Shown here piece by piece: positions 8,948 to 20,578 of a stretch of 64,000 bases of DNA. A model generated the notes under the pieces. It was given only the letters and a program-made list of their open reading frames with translations. It was not told where the DNA came from and searched no databases. Made by a program: the position numbers and the translations under genes. Origin of the DNA: an uncultured Actinomycetota bacterium (GTDB taxonomy: Bacteria > Actinomycetota > Actinomycetes > Actinomycetales > JAHECE01); NCBI GenBank assembly GCA_963780675.1, contig CAWACR010000003.1, positions 1,078,645 through 1,142,644 of the forward strand, written 5' to 3'. Positions within the stretch are counted from its first letter, which is position 1. Each line of letters begins with the position of its first letter.

Positions 8948-11643
8948 TCAGCCCGGCAAGGACCGCCGCTGCGCCCCGGAGCGGGCCGGCCGTGCCAGCT
9001 CGATCCGGGCCCCCAGCACGGCGAGACCCTCCTCCGCGACAAGGACGGGGTCGAGCACGAGGTTCGCGACGTCCGGGAGGTCGTCGCCGAGCACGGCGAC
9101 GCGCGCCAGGAGGTCCTCGAGGGCGTGCACATCCACGGGCGGTGCGCCCGCCGCACCGAACAGCCGCGGCGCCGCGTGGACGGAGCGCACGATCTCCCGG
9201 ACGTCGACGTCCGTCAGGGGCGGGATGCCGTGAGCCACGTCGCCGAGGAGGTCGACGGCGTCCCCCGCGAGGCCGAAGGAGACGACGGGCCCGTAGAGCT
9301 CGTCCTCGCGCGCACGGATCACGCACGCCACCCCGAGCGGGGCCATCGGCTGGACCTCGACGCTGCCGCCCTCCTCCCCGGCCGCCGCGGTCAGGTGCGC
9401 GACCGCGTCCCGCACCTCGACGTCGCCGGCGACGTCCAGGCGGACGCCCCCGAGGTCCAGCCGGTGGCGACGCCGCGGGTCGGCCGTCTTGACCGCGACC
9501 GGACCGCCGAACCGTCGGGCGGCCTCGACCGCCTCCTCGGCCGTCCGGGCGGTCTCCGCAGGCCACAGCGCGATCCCGTAGTGGCCGAGGACCTCGGTGG
9601 TCCGGGCTCGGTCGAGGACCACCGAGCCCCCGCCCGGGAGCCCCGTCGCGAGGGTCCGGACCAGTTCGAGCGCCGCGCGGTGGTCGATCCCGGTGGGGGC
9701 GACCGGCGTTCCGCGGTCGGCCCGGACCCAGCGTGCGTAGCGGGCCGCCGCGGCGAGGGCGGCCACGGCGTCCTCGCCGCTCGCGAAGGCCGGGACCCGG
9801 GTGACGGAGTCCTCGCCCCGGTGGGTCAGCTCGTCGGCCAGCCCGTGCAGACCGAAGATGCAGGCCGCTGTGGTGCGCCCCGTCCGGGCGGCGGCCGCGG
9901 CGACCACAGCCCCGACACGTGCGTCCGCGTCGCCGAGCACGGGGAGATAGGCCACGACGAGGCTGTCCCAGTCGGTCTGCCCGAGAGCCGCTCGAGGGCC
10001 GCCTCGTAGGCGTCCGAACCGGCGTCGGCCTCCAGGAAGGCCGGCTCGCCGGCGACGGCGAGCCCGCGTGCCCGCGCGACCTCCCCGAGGAGGCTCGAGA
10101 GGGAGCCAGAGTTCGTGAGGATCGCCACGCGCTCGCCGGTCGGCAGCGGCTGGGACTCCAGGAGCTGGGCGACGTCGAGCATCGCGTGGGTGCTCTCGAC
10201 CCGCACGACGCCGGCCTGGCGCAGCAGCTCCTCCAGGACGCGCCTCGGCTCGCGCGAGGTGCGCACCGGGTGACCCGGCGGGACCACCTGTCCCGTCTGC
10301 CCGGAGACGACGGCGACCACCGGCTTGAGCGCGCTCAGGCGACGGGCCACCCGGGTGAACTTGCGGGGGTTACCGATCGACTCGAGGTAGACCGCGGCCA
10401 CCCGCGTCGCGTCGTCGTCGGCCCAGAACTGCATCGCGTCGTTCCCCGAGACGTCTGCTCGGTGGCCGGCCGAGAGGAACGTCCTCAGCCCGATGCGGCG
10501 CCGGTGGGTCGCCGCGAGGAGCGCGAGGCCGGCCGCGGCCGACTGGCAGAAGAGACCGAGCCCGCCCGGGGGCGGCAGGTCGGGCCACAGGGTCGCGTCC
10601 AGGCGCCCGGCCGCCCCGCTCGCGACGAGTCCGAACGACTGCGGACCGACCAGGCGCATCCCGCCGTCGCGGGCCGCCCGCAAGAGCTCGGCCTGCAGGA
10701 GAGCGCCCGCGGGGCCCGTCTCGCCGAAGCCGCCCGAGAGCACCACGAGCCCGCGAGCGCCCAGGTCGGCCACCTCCCGAGCGATCGCCGGCAGCCGGTT
10801 CGCGGGGGCCGCGACCACCGCGAGGTCGACCGGTCCGGGCACGGCCCGCAGCGAGACATGGACCGACACCCGGGGGCCGTCGTCGCGCACGGGGTCCGGG
10901 ACAGGCCCTGCGGTCCCCGCGGTGTCCGCCCTGACGAGGTGGACGGCCCCCGAGAACGGGCTCGCCTCGACGGACCGCGCGACCCGCAAGGCGAAGCGGG
11001 CCTCCCGCTCCCCCTCCGCGACGACGACGACGGAAGACGCGCCGAGGAGGGTCTGCATGCTCCGCGCGTCCGCGCGATGCTCCCGCTCTGCCATGACCGC
11101 GAGCGACCGCTCGGTCGGGTCGATGTCGAACCCGACCGCGATCACGCCGTCGTCGTAGGACTGCCGGACGTCGTACCCGGCGTCCCGGAAGACGTTGATC
11201 ATGCGCGCGTTGCCCGGCAGGACGTCCGCGACGAACCGGCGGATGCCTCGCTCGCGGGCCGCCGCGGCCAGGTGCTCCAGCAGCACCGAGCCCAGGCCGT
11301 GGCCCTGCAGGGCGTCGGCGACGTTGAACGCCACCTCGGCCCGGGCGGCGTCGAGCCGGTCGTAGCGACCCACGGCCACGATCTCGCCACCGGAGACCAG
11401 GACGAGCGCCACCCTCTCGTCGTGGTCGACTCGGGTGAGGCGCGCGAGGTCCCGGTCGCTCAGACGCGCCAGCGGCGCGAAGAAGCGGAAGTAGGTCGAC
11501 TCCGGCGACTGGCGCACGTGGAAGCGCTGGAGCGCGTCGGCGTCGTCGGGGCGGATCGGGCGGATGTGCATGGTGCTGCCGTCCCGCAGCACGACGTCCG
11601 CCTCCCAGTGCGCGGGGTACGGCGCGGAAGCCTCGTCGCCCAC
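8948..11643 (-). pseudogene. Pat-type protein lysine acetyltransferase (GNAT + acyl-CoA synthetase + ATP-grasp) with a one-base frameshift near 9975; may be a sequencing error
   Basis: [18 protein letters not shown] start and YLESIGNPRKF in one frame. At ggc aga cc gac tgg the frame shifts into DWDSLVVAYLPV, then the ATP-grasp C-terminus (VQPMAP, GPVVSFGLAG). Confidence 0.85.
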
Positions 11644-11734
11644 GAGCGCCACCCTAGCCGCGCGGCCCACCCGGTGGGCCGTCCGCGGGCGTGTGCGCCC
11701 GGGGCACACGACGGGACCGGCGACAATCGTCCCC

Positions 11735-14194
11735 ATGCCCCGACGCAGCACGGCCCCGCCGCCCGAACGGCGGCCCGAGGAGCGGATCGTCGACATCGAC
11801 GTCGCCCGGGAGATGCAGGACTCGTTCCTGGAGTACGCCTACTCGGTCATCTACTCCCGAGCCCTGCCCGACGCCCGGGACGGCCTCAAGCCCGTGCAGC
11901 GGCGGATCCTGTACCAGATGGCGGAGATGGGGCTGCGCCCGGACCGCGGGCACGTCAAGTCCGCTCGCGTTGTCGGCGAGGTGATGGGCAAGCTCCACCC
12001 CCACGGCGACACGGCCATCTACGACGCACTGGTCCGCATGGCACAGCCGTTCTCGCTGCGCCTGCCCCTGATCGACGGGCACGGGAACTTCGGCTCGCTC
12101 GACGACGGCCCGGCGGCCCCGCGCTACACCGAGGCCCGCCTCGCTCCGGCGGCGCTCGTGATGACCCGCGACCTGGACGAGGACGTCGTCGACTTCGTCC
12201 CCAACTACGACAACCAGCTCACCCAGCCCGAGGTGCTCCCCGCGGCGCTCCCGAACCTCCTCGTGAACGGCGCCAGCGGCATCGCGGTCGGCATGGCGAC
12301 CAACATGCCGCCGCACAACCTGATCGAGGTGGTCGCCGCGGCGCGCCACCTCATCGCGCACCCCGACGCCGACCTCGAGACCCTCCTGCGCTTCGTCCCC
12401 GGCCCCGACCTGCCCACGGGCGGCAAGATCGTGGGGCTGTCGGGCATCCGCGATGCCTACCGCACCGGTCGCGGCACCTTCCGCACGCGCGCCACCACTC
12501 GCATCGAGACCATCACCCCGCGGCGCAAGGGCATCGTCGTCACGGAGCTGCCGTACCTCGTCGGCCCCGAGCGCGTCATCGAGAAGATCAAAGAGGCCGT
12601 CCAGGCCAAACGGCTGCAGGGGATCGCCGCGGTCACAGACCTCACGGACCGTGAGCACGGGCTGCGGCTCGTCATCGAGATCAAGAACGGCTTCAACCCG
12701 GACGCGGTCCTCGCGCAGCTGTACCGGTACACGCCCCTCGAGGAGTCGTTCGGGATCAACAACGTGGCCCTGGTCGACGGCCAGCCCCGGACGATGGGCC
12801 TGCGCGAGCTCCTCGAGGTGTACGTCGCCCACCGCCTGACCGTCGTCCGACGCCGGACTGCGCACCGCCTCGGACGACGCCGCGACCGGCTCCACCTGGT
12901 CGAGGGCCTGCTCGTCGCCATCGCCGACATCGACGAGGTCATCGCCGTCATCCGCAGCAGCGACGACGCCGAGGCGGCCCGGACGCGGCTGATGTCCGTC
13001 TTCGAGCTCTCCCTCGCCCAGGCCGAGTACATCCTCGAGCTGCGGCTGCGGCGGCTGACCAAGTTCTCGCGCATCGAGCTCGAGGCCGAGCGCGACACCC
13101 TCGTGCGCGAGATCGCCGAGCTGGAGGCAGTCCTCGCCGACGAGAACGCGCTGCGCTCCCTCGTCTCCGACGAGCTGGCCGCCGTCGCCGCCGAGCACGG
13201 CACCCCCCGACGGACCGTGCTGCTCGAGGGCGCCGGGACCGCGGCCCTCGACGCCGCCGCAGCGGCCGCGTCGGCAGGCCCGCTCGAGGTCCCGGACGCC
13301 CCGTGCTGGGTCCTGCTCTCCACCACCGGACTCCTCGCCCGCACCAGCGACGCCCGGCGCCCGCCGCGGGACGGCTCGCGCGCCGCGCACGACGCCCTCC
13401 GCTCCGCCGTGCCGTCGACCGCGCGGGGGCAGGTGGCCCTCGTGACCAACCGGGGGCGCCTCGTCCGCGTCGGCGCGCTCGACGCCCCGGCCCTGCCGCC
13501 GACGGAGGGAGCACCGGCCCTCTCGGGCGGCGTGCCCGTGGCCGAGCTCGCCGAGCTGGGGAAGGGCGAACGCGTGATCGCGCTCGCCCGACTGGACCCC
13601 GACGCCCCGACGCTCGCGCTCGGCACCGCGCTCGGTCAGGTCAAGCGGGTCACCGCCGACCGGCCCGCGAACAAGGACTCGTGGGAGGTCATCGCGCTGA
13701 AGGACGGCGACGAGGTGGTGGGCGCGGCCGAGGTGGTCGACGACGACCACCTGGTCCTCGTCACCGACGACGCCCACCTCCTGCACTTCGTGGCGTCGTC
13801 CGTCAGACCGCAGGGCCGGACGGCGGCCGGGATGGCCGGCATCCGGCTCGCCGACGGCGCGCGGGTGACGTTCGTCGGCGCCGTCCCGGCCTCCGACGCA
13901 CCGACCGCCGTCGTGGTCACGGTCGCGGGCAGCAGCAGCGTCCTCCCGGGCACCGTTCCCGGCACGGCGAAGACCACACCGTTCGCGCTCTTCCCGCCCA
14001 AGGGGCGCGCGACCGGCGGCGTCCGCGCCCACCGCTTCCTGCGCGGCGAGGACCGCCTCGACCTCGCGTGGGTCGGACCGTCGCCCGCTCGGGCATCCGG
14101 CTCGGCGGGTCAGCCGATCCGGCTCCCGGCCGTCGACGAACGCCGCGACGGGTCGGGCACACCTCTGACGCAGCCGGTGGTCGGCATCGGCTAG
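11735..14194 (+). CDS. parC: Type II DNA topoisomerase subunit A (topoisomerase IV / GyrA-like)
   Basis: [41 protein letters not shown] (catalytic Tyr); beta-pinwheel CTD; paired with parE away from dnaA. Confidence 0.93.
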   Translation: MPRRSTAPPPERRPEERIVDIDVAREMQDSFLEYAYSVIYSRALPDARDGLKPVQRRILYQMAEMGLRPDRGHVKSARVVGEVMGKLHPHGDTAIYDALVRMAQPFSLRLPLIDGHGNFGSLDDGPAAPRYTEARLAPAALVMTRDLDEDVVDFVPNYDNQLTQPEVLPAALPNLLVNGASGIAVGMATNMPPHNLIEVVAAARHLIAHPDADLETLLRFVPGPDLPTGGKIVGLSGIRDAYRTGRGTFRTRATTRIETITPRRKGIVVTELPYLVGPERVIEKIKEAVQAKRLQGIAAVTDLTDREHGLRLVIEIKNGFNPDAVLAQLYRYTPLEESFGINNVALVDGQPRTMGLRELLEVYVAHRLTVVRRRTAHRLGRRRDRLHLVEGLLVAIADIDEVIAVIRSSDDAEAARTRLMSVFELSLAQAEYILELRLRRLTKFSRIELEAERDTLVREIAELEAVLADENALRSLVSDELAAVAAEHGTPRRTVLLEGAGTAALDAAAAAASAGPLEVPDAPCWVLLSTTGLLARTSDARRPPRDGSRAAHDALRSAVPSTARGQVALVTNRGRLVRVGALDAPALPPTEGAPALSGGVPVAELAELGKGERVIALARLDPDAPTLALGTALGQVKRVTADRPANKDSWEVIALKDGDEVVGAAEVVDDDHLVLVTDDAHLLHFVASSVRPQGRTAAGMAGIRLADGARVTFVGAVPASDAPTAVVVTVAGSSSVLPGTVPGTAKTTPFALFPPKGRATGGVRAHRFLRGEDRLDLAWVGPSPARASGSAGQPIRLPAVDERRDGSGTPLTQPVVGIG

Positions 14195-15252
14195 AGCTCC
14201 AGGCTGTACATCGCCGACCCGTGGGTCGGCTCGAAGCCGAGGGCTGCGTAGATGCCGAAGGCGCCGGACGGGTTCTCGGTGTCCACCCCGAGGCCCGCGT
14301 ACTCGACACCGTCCGCGGCGTAGGCGCGCATCGCCGTCGTCAGGAGGGCCGTCGCCACCCGTTTGCCCCGCCACGCGCGCCGGACGCCGAGCAGGTCGAT
14401 GTACCCCTCGCTGTAGCCGAGCGACGGCCAGTCCTGCTCGTAGCGTCCCGAGAGGAGGTAGCCGGCCACGGGTGAGCGGTCGTTCGACCGGTCGATCACC
14501 ACGAAGCTCCACGCGGGCGCGAAGCACGTGCGCCCGTCCACCCACGACTCCGGCGTGTGGGGCTCCGAGCCCCAGTGGTCGCCGAACGCCTCGTTGTGCG
14601 CGAGGCGCACCTGGTCGTCGAGCTCGGGGGTCCACCCGGTCAGGACCAGGCCGTCGCGGACGGTCACCTCCGGGATCGGCAACCGCAGGTCGCGCCGCAT
14701 GTCGGTGTAGAAGCGCCGCGGCGCGAAGCCTGCCGCCACCACGATCGCGCGCTTGTCCTCGAGCCCGTCCTCGATGAAGGTCGCGATCCGAGCGGGGACG
14801 TCCTTGCCGGAGGCGGCCAGGACCTGACGTGCTCGCGCGGTCTGCCAGGCGAGCAGGGCCGTGCCGACGCCCCGGCGACGCCACCCCGGGTCGACGCCAC
14901 CCTCGAGAACCGCGCGGACCGTGTGCTCGTCACCGGGAGCCACCCGGACGAAGCCCTGAGCCCGCAGCCGGCCGGCGGCGTCGAAGCCACCCAAGGAGTT
15001 CCGCGCGGTGTCCTTCCACTCCCCGTCGAAGAACTCGCGCACCTCCTCGGCCGTCGTCCGGAAGGGCGGGTTGTCGTGCGCCTCGATGCGGCCGATGAGC
15101 TCGGCGAGCGCCGTCGTGTCGTCGATCGTGAGAGGTCGCCACGTCAGTCCCAGCGCCTCGTGCGGGAGCCGGACCTGGGTCGGTGCCTGGGCGCGGACGA
15201 CGATCGACGGCGGTGGCCCACCCCCGCGGTACGGCGTCGACGTCGCGCTCAC
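14191..15252 (-). CDS. GNAT-family N-acetyltransferase (tandem GNAT)
   Basis: [28 protein letters not shown] and [18 protein letters not shown] motifs. Confidence 0.88.
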   Translation of the reverse strand: MSATSTPYRGGGPPPSIVVRAQAPTQVRLPHEALGLTWRPLTIDDTTALAELIGRIEAHDNPPFRTTAEEVREFFDGEWKDTARNSLGGFDAAGRLRAQGFVRVAPGDEHTVRAVLEGGVDPGWRRRGVGTALLAWQTARARQVLAASGKDVPARIATFIEDGLEDKRAIVVAAGFAPRRFYTDMRRDLRLPIPEVTVRDGLVLTGWTPELDDQVRLAHNEAFGDHWGSEPHTPESWVDGRTCFAPAWSFVVIDRSNDRSPVAGYLLSGRYEQDWPSLGYSEGYIDLLGVRRAWRGKRVATALLTTAMRAYAADGVEYAGLGVDTENPSGAFGIYAALGFEPTHGSAMYSLEL

Positions 15253-15345
15253 CCCATGACGATACGTACTCGGCCCGCGCCGTGCCTATTCCTCGGGCTC
15301 GCGGGACTTGGATCCGGCACGCAGGATCGCCGTCCCACTCGCACC

Positions 15346-17487
15346 TCAGGCGTCGATCCGGTCGCGGTCGAGGTTCTCCGCACCCGCGACGATGAAGTCC
15401 TTGCGCGGTCCGACCTCGTTGCCCATGAGCAGCTCGAAGACACCTTCGGCGGCTACGGCGGCCTGGGCGTCCTCCACCCGGATCCGCCGCAGCGACCGGT
15501 GCGCGGGGTCCATCGTGGTCTCCGCCAGCTGGTGGGCGTCCATCTCGCCGAGACCCTTGTACCGCTGGATCGGTTCCTTGTAACGGCGGCCGGAGCGCTC
15601 CAGCCGGGTGAGGAGCTGGTGCAGCTGGGCCTCGGAGTAGGTGTAGACCACCTCGCCCCGCCGGCCCCCGGCGCCCGAGATCTCGACACGGTGGAGCGGT
15701 GGCACCGCCGCGTACACCCGACCCGCCTCGACCAGTGGGCGCATGTACCGGAAGAACAGGGTGAGCAGGAGGGTGCGGATGTGGGCGCCGTCGACGTCGG
15801 CGTCCGTCATCAGGATGATCTTCCCGTAGCGCACCGCGGACAGGTCGAAGGTGCGTCCCGAGCCTGCGCCGAGCACCTGGATGATCGACGCGCACTCGGT
15901 GTTCTTCAGCATGTCGGCCAGCGACGCCTTCTGAACGTTGAGGATCTTCCCGCGGATCGGCAGCAGCGCCTGGAAGTCGGACATCCGGGCCAGCTTCGCC
16001 GTGCCGAGCGCGCTGTCGCCCTCGACGATGAAGAGCTCCGAGCGCTCGACGTCGTCCGTGCGGCAGTCCGCGAGCTTGGCGGGCAGGGTCGACGTCTCGA
16101 GGGCGTTCTTGCGTCGGGAGATCTCCTTGTGCACCCGCGCGGAGACGCGGGCGCGCATCTCGCCGACGATCTTCTCGAGCAGCGCCGCCGACTGGGCCTT
16201 CTCGGTGCGCCGGGTGGAGGTGAGGATCTCCGTGAGCTCGCGCTCCAGCACCTTCGCGACGATCCCCCGCACGGGCGCGGTGCCGAGGACCTCCTTGGTC
16301 TGCCCCTCGAACTGGGGTTCCGGGAACCGGACGGCGACGACGGCGGTGAGACCCGCCGTCACGTCGTCCTTCTCCACCCGGTCGGTGCCCTCCTTCGCGG
16401 AGATCTTCAACCGGCGGGCGTTCAGCTCCACCTGCTTGCGGACCGTCCTCAGGAGGGCCTGGTCGAAGCCCGCGAGGTGGCTGCCGCCCTTGGGGGTGGC
16501 GATGATGTTGACGAACGAGCGCACATCGGTGTCGTAGCCGGTGCCCCAGCGCAGCGCGATCTCGACCTCGCACGCGCGCTCCACCTCGAGGGGGGCGAGG
16601 TGTCCCCGGTCGTCGAGCGCCTGGACCGTCTCGGTGAAGGTCTCGGTCCCCGCGATCCGCCAGGTGTCCGTGACCGGCGGGTCCTGCGCGAGGAAGTCGA
16701 CGAAGTCCACGAGACCGCCGTCGTGCCGGAACGACTCCTCGACGACGCCGCCCTCCCCGGGGGTGCCGGGCAGCCTGCGCTCGTCCCGGACGACCAGCTC
16801 GAGGCCCGGCACCAGGAAGGACGTCTGCCGGGCTCGCGTGATCAGCTCGTCGTAGGAGAACGACGACGACGCCGGGAAGATCTGCCGGTCGGCCCAGTAC
16901 CGGACCCGGGTCCCGGTGCGCCCGCGGGGCACCCGCGCGACGACGGCGAGCTCGGAGCGGTCCGTGAACGGTGTGAAGGGCGAGTCCGGCGTGCGCCCCT
17001 GGTCGTCGTCGTACTGCCCCGGCTCGCCACGCCGGAACGCCATGCGGTAGGTCTTGCCGCCGCGGTCCACCTCGACGTCCAGCCGGGCGGAGAGGGCATT
17101 CACCACGCTCGCCCCGACGCCGTGCAGCCCGCCCGACGCCGCATAGGACCCCCCGCCGAACTTGCCCCCCGCATGCAGCTTGGTGAAGACGACCTCGACG
17201 CCGCTCAGGCCGAGCCGCTCGACCGTGTCCACCGGGATGCCCCGGCCGTGGTCGCGGACCTCCACGGACGCGTCGGGGTGCAGCACGATCTCGATCCGGT
17301 GACCGTGGCCCTCGAGGGCCTCGTCGACGGAGTTGTCGATGATCTCCCACAGACAGTGCATGAGCCCGCGGGAGTCGGTCGAGCCGATGTACATCCCCGG
17401 GCGCTTGCGGACCGCCTCGAGCCCCTCCAGGACGGAGAGGTGACGGGCGGTGTAGCTCGAGTCCGACGGTGACGACACGCCCGTCAT
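15346..17487 (-). CDS. parE: Type II DNA topoisomerase subunit B (topoisomerase IV)
   Basis: LEAVRKRPGMYIG, GGLHGVGASVVNALS, IVEGDSA, MTDADVDG and QRYKGLGEM motifs. Confidence 0.95.
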   Translation of the reverse strand: MTGVSSPSDSSYTARHLSVLEGLEAVRKRPGMYIGSTDSRGLMHCLWEIIDNSVDEALEGHGHRIEIVLHPDASVEVRDHGRGIPVDTVERLGLSGVEVVFTKLHAGGKFGGGSYAASGGLHGVGASVVNALSARLDVEVDRGGKTYRMAFRRGEPGQYDDDQGRTPDSPFTPFTDRSELAVVARVPRGRTGTRVRYWADRQIFPASSSFSYDELITRARQTSFLVPGLELVVRDERRLPGTPGEGGVVEESFRHDGGLVDFVDFLAQDPPVTDTWRIAGTETFTETVQALDDRGHLAPLEVERACEVEIALRWGTGYDTDVRSFVNIIATPKGGSHLAGFDQALLRTVRKQVELNARRLKISAKEGTDRVEKDDVTAGLTAVVAVRFPEPQFEGQTKEVLGTAPVRGIVAKVLERELTEILTSTRRTEKAQSAALLEKIVGEMRARVSARVHKEISRRKNALETSTLPAKLADCRTDDVERSELFIVEGDSALGTAKLARMSDFQALLPIRGKILNVQKASLADMLKNTECASIIQVLGAGSGRTFDLSAVRYGKIILMTDADVDGAHIRTLLLTLFFRYMRPLVEAGRVYAAVPPLHRVEISGAGGRRGEVVYTYSEAQLHQLLTRLERSGRRYKEPIQRYKGLGEMDAHQLAETTMDPAHRSLRRIRVEDAQAAVAAEGVFELLMGNEVGPRKDFIVAGAENLDRDRIDA

Positions 17488-17635
17488 CGTAGGCGGGCAG
17501 GCCCGGCGGACCTCCGCGGCGCACCAGACGACGGGCGCACGAGGGCCCGGGCCCGGCCGCGGGCCCCGCTACGCGGTCAGCGAACCTCGGCCATCTCGTG
17601 ACACGGCTGTCACATCCGGGTGGTTCCATGGACTC

Positions 17636-17842
17636 ATGAACGCCACTGTGACCGATCACCTGACAGCGACAGACCGCTGCGACCGGTGTGGCGCACGTGC
17701 CTACGTCCGGGTCGTGCTCCCCGTCGGTGAGCTGCTGTTCTGCGCCCACCATGGCCGCAAGCACGCCGACGCACTCCGTGAGGTCGCCGTCGCGGTCCAC
17801 GACGAGAGCGACCGCCTCCACGTCGACCAGGCCGCCCGCTGA
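17636..17842 (+). CDS. Small conserved actinobacterial Cys/His protein (DUF7455-like)
   Basis: LTATDRCDRCGARAY ... LLFCAHH; usual neighbour divergent from parE. Confidence 0.85.
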   Translation: MNATVTDHLTATDRCDRCGARAYVRVVLPVGELLFCAHHGRKHADALREVAVAVHDESDRLHVDQAAR

Positions 17843-17868
17843 GGCGACCCACCCCCGACCACCCTGAC

Positions 17869-17907
17869 GAGCGAGGGCCCGACCGGATCCCGGTCGGGCC
17901 CTCGCTC
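17869..17907. terminator. Perfect 18-bp hairpin, probable intrinsic terminator
   Basis: gagcgagggcccgaccgg-atc-ccggtcgggccctcgctc, 26 nt after the upstream stop. Confidence 0.8.
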
Positions 17908-18213
17908 TCGTCCCGGGGCTCCTCTCGTGCGGGGTGCCTCTCGCGCGGGGGTCTCGCGGTGATGGTCGTCGCACCGACCTGACCCGGCCCGACCCGACCC
18001 GGCACTCCGGAGTCGGATCACGGCTGGGACCTCCGGCGCTTTCGCGGGACATGTCGGCCGCGTCAGAGTCCTGAGTGAGTCGCTCGTGAACGACGCCGGC
18101 CGCGCCCTGCCCACCGGTCCGATGCTCAGGGCGCCCGCGGGGCAGGTGAGACCCCGAGCACGGGAAGAGGCTGGACATGCCGTCGCCGACGTCGATCCGC
18201 ACGACCATCGCCT

Positions 18214-18384
18214 ACGCATGACGTGGACGAGGCTGTCCTGCTCGCGGACCGGGTCCTGGTGATGTCCGACCGGCCGGGCCGGATTGTCGCGTCCGTGGCC
18301 ACCAGCGGGGACCGGGATACCGCGGTGGCGCGCGACCGTGTCCTGCAGCTCCTCAATGCGAGCACGTCCCTGCGGGCGGGCTGA
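18214..18384 (+). pseudogene. Remnant C-terminus of a nitrate/sulfonate/taurine-type ABC ATPase
   Basis: Reads THDVDEAVLLADRVLVMSDRPGRIV ... stop (H-loop onward). No Walker A/B upstream. Confidence 0.75.
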
Positions 18385-18437
18385 GCCGGGAAGGCCTCGC
18401 CCCGAGGTAGCAGGGGTCCCGCGGCAACGGTTGTGGT

Positions 18438-18665
18438 TCACCCCCCGTTCGTTCGTCCGTCGATCCACAACGCCCGGCGGGGGCAGGCTCGAACCGCGCG
18501 CTCCGCCGCCGTCACGTCACCCGGGGCGAGGTCACCTGCGGCGAGGATCGGGTAGCCCCACCGATCGAGGTCGACGACGGCGCCCGCGAGGTGGGCGCAC
18601 AAGCCGACCGCCTCGCAGGCGATCGGGTCGACGCGCAGCCGGAACGCCGGCGGCCGCCCGGTCAC
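18438..18665 (-). CDS. Ferredoxin (3Fe-4S type)
   Basis: LRVDPIACEAVGLCAHL ... DRWGYP ... AVRACPRRAL; GTGA overlap with the upstream stop. Confidence 0.88.
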   Translation of the reverse strand: MTGRPPAFRLRVDPIACEAVGLCAHLAGAVVDLDRWGYPILAAGDLAPGDVTAAERAVRACPRRALWIDGRTNGG

Positions 18666-19976
18666 CAGGCCACGTCCGGCACGGGAACGGTGACCCGACC
18701 TGCGCCCCCGCACAACCGGCCGCGTCGGTGGGCCTCGACGTCGGCAGCGAAGACGGTGAGCGCGGAGGCGATCATGCGCGTCGCGCCGTCGGGGTGGTGG
18801 CAGGCGCCACGCCCGGCTACGGCACCGAGGACGTCGTCGAGCCGCCCACGGTCGCGACGCGGTCCGCGCCCGAGCGGCCAGTCTCCGCAGGTCTTCGGCC
18901 AGCGCGGGGAGCCCGAACATGCACGGCCCGCACTGCCTCGCGCTCATCGCGGCGAGGTAGGTCGCGACCACCGCCACCTCGGCCACGCCGCAGGCTCCCG
19001 GCCACACGGGCGCGACGACTCCCGCGCCCAGGCTGAGCCCCGCGCGGCGCACGGCGAACTCCTCGACGGCCAGGCCCTCGACCTCGCTCCACTGCGCCCA
19101 GGTGCCGCCGAACCCGCCGAGCAGCACCGCCTGGGGCCGGCCGGACCGCAGGACCCCCGCCGCCGCGAGCACGTCGGCGAACCGCGCCGCCTGCGGCACC
19201 TGGAGGACCTGGCGGTCGTGCGGGCCGAGCACGGTGAGCAGCGAGACCTGCGGGTTCTCCAGCCCGCGGGCGACGAGGGCCACTCGGGCAAGAGTCTCGA
19301 CGTTCTGGACGAGCGTCCGGGGAACGGCCTCCCCCGCGGCCCGCGGACGACGCGACGTCGGCAGGGCGGGCCTGCCGACGAGAGCAGCGGCGATCGCCGT
19401 CGACTCCCCGGCGAGGTAGTGGACCGGACCGGCCACGACCTCCATGACCGGCCCGGCGAGGCCGGCCCCGCGCCGCTCGGTGAGCGCGGTCTCGAGCGCG
19501 AGCCGGGACCCGCGGTCGTCGCCGTGCAGCCAGACGACGGCACGGCGTGCGCCGAGCGCCTCGCTCGCGAGGGCGAGTCCGTCGAGGACGAGGTGGGGTC
19601 GCTGCCGCATCAGGGTGGCGTCCTTGGCGCTGATCGGCTCGCTCTCCGCGCCGTTCGCCACGACCGTGAGGGGCTGCCCGGCGCGCAGCGCCGAGCGCCA
19701 CTTGAGGGCTGTCGGGACGTGCCCGCCACCGTGACCAGTCAGGCCCGCGGACTCCAGGGCGTCAGCGAGCACCGGGCTGCCCCCTGGGCGCGCTCCGAGC
19801 CGGGCAAGGTGCTCGTCGAGCCCCTCGGCGGCAATTGTGCCGGGCGGGTCGGCGGGGCCCGATCGCGGGAGCCGCACGCCGCGCAGGAGCAGGTCCTGCT
19901 CCGGAGGCCGCGACCCGCCCACGACGGCACCGCTGGGACGCGCGACGCGCCATGGTTCTGTCCCGTTCGTGGTCAT
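18662..19976 (-). pseudogene. NuoF-like FMN/Fe-S oxidoreductase subunit with a frameshift near 18875; may be a sequencing error
   Basis: GLTGHGGGHVPT, VANGAESEPISAKD, QNVETL and SARQCGPCMFGLP in one frame. GRGACHHPDG ... VAW-stop continues in another frame. Confidence 0.85.
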
Positions 19977-20578
19977 CGACGGCCTCCCTGAAGGCTGTGG
20001 TTTCGCACGTCGGACACGTGCAGCGCGGACGCCAGCTCCTCCGCCCGGTCCCGCGGGGAGCGCGCGACGTAGCGGGAGACGGCGAGGGCGACGACGGCGC
20101 CGCCGCTGGCCAGGTAGAGCCCGCGCAGGGGCCCGGTGTCCGAGCCGGCCAGGACGCCGTGAGCCCAGGCGAGCGCGAAGACGCCTGCCGCCAGTCGGTG
20201 GACGGGCAACCAGAACCGGCCCACGACTCGCCCGGCGAGGGCCGCCGTCGCGCCGGTGAGAAGGCCGGCCCACACGGCGATCACTCCGAGGGTGACGGGG
20301 ATCGGCCGGTAGGTCGACGCCATCGGCAAGATCGCGCCCCGCCAGCCGACCTGCGCCCACGGGTCCGTGGCGAGGACCGCCACGTGCAGCGCCGTGAAGG
20401 CGAGGGTGAAGGTCGCCAGGCTGGCGTGAACACGCAGGCGGGAAGTCCGACTCGGCCGCCGCAGCCGCACCGCCCACGGATGGGCGAGCACCAGGCCCAG
20501 GACCACCAGCGCGAGGAGGAGGACGTATGAGGTGATCCCGCTCGCCCGGGCGAGCTCCCACGAGAGAGCCGCGCTCAT
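19973..20578 (-). CDS. Ferric-reductase-like transmembrane (heme b) protein
   Basis: WELARASG, VHASL, LHVAVLATD, VHRLA and HGVLAGSDT with conserved His residues; ATGA overlaps at both ends. Confidence 0.88.
   Translation of the reverse strand: MSAALSWELARASGITSYVLLLALVVLGLVLAHPWAVRLRRPSRTSRLRVHASLATFTLAFTALHVAVLATDPWAQVGWRGAILPMASTYRPIPVTLGVIAVWAGLLTGATAALAGRVVGRFWLPVHRLAAGVFALAWAHGVLAGSDTGPLRGLYLASGGAVVALAVSRYVARSPRDRAEELASALHVSDVRNHSLQGGRR

Noticed and set aside
9919-17472. Very long ORFs antisense or out of frame to real genes (e.g. 9919-12654, 11654-14884, 14557-17472; also 39789-42500)
   Set aside because: Shadow ORFs typical of high-GC DNA: Arg/Gly/Pro-rich, no motifs, fully overlapping well-supported genes.
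18070-18097. Hammerhead-like core (ctgagtga-stem-g)
   Set aside because: Has an extra base relative to CUGANGA and lacks GAAA after stem II.
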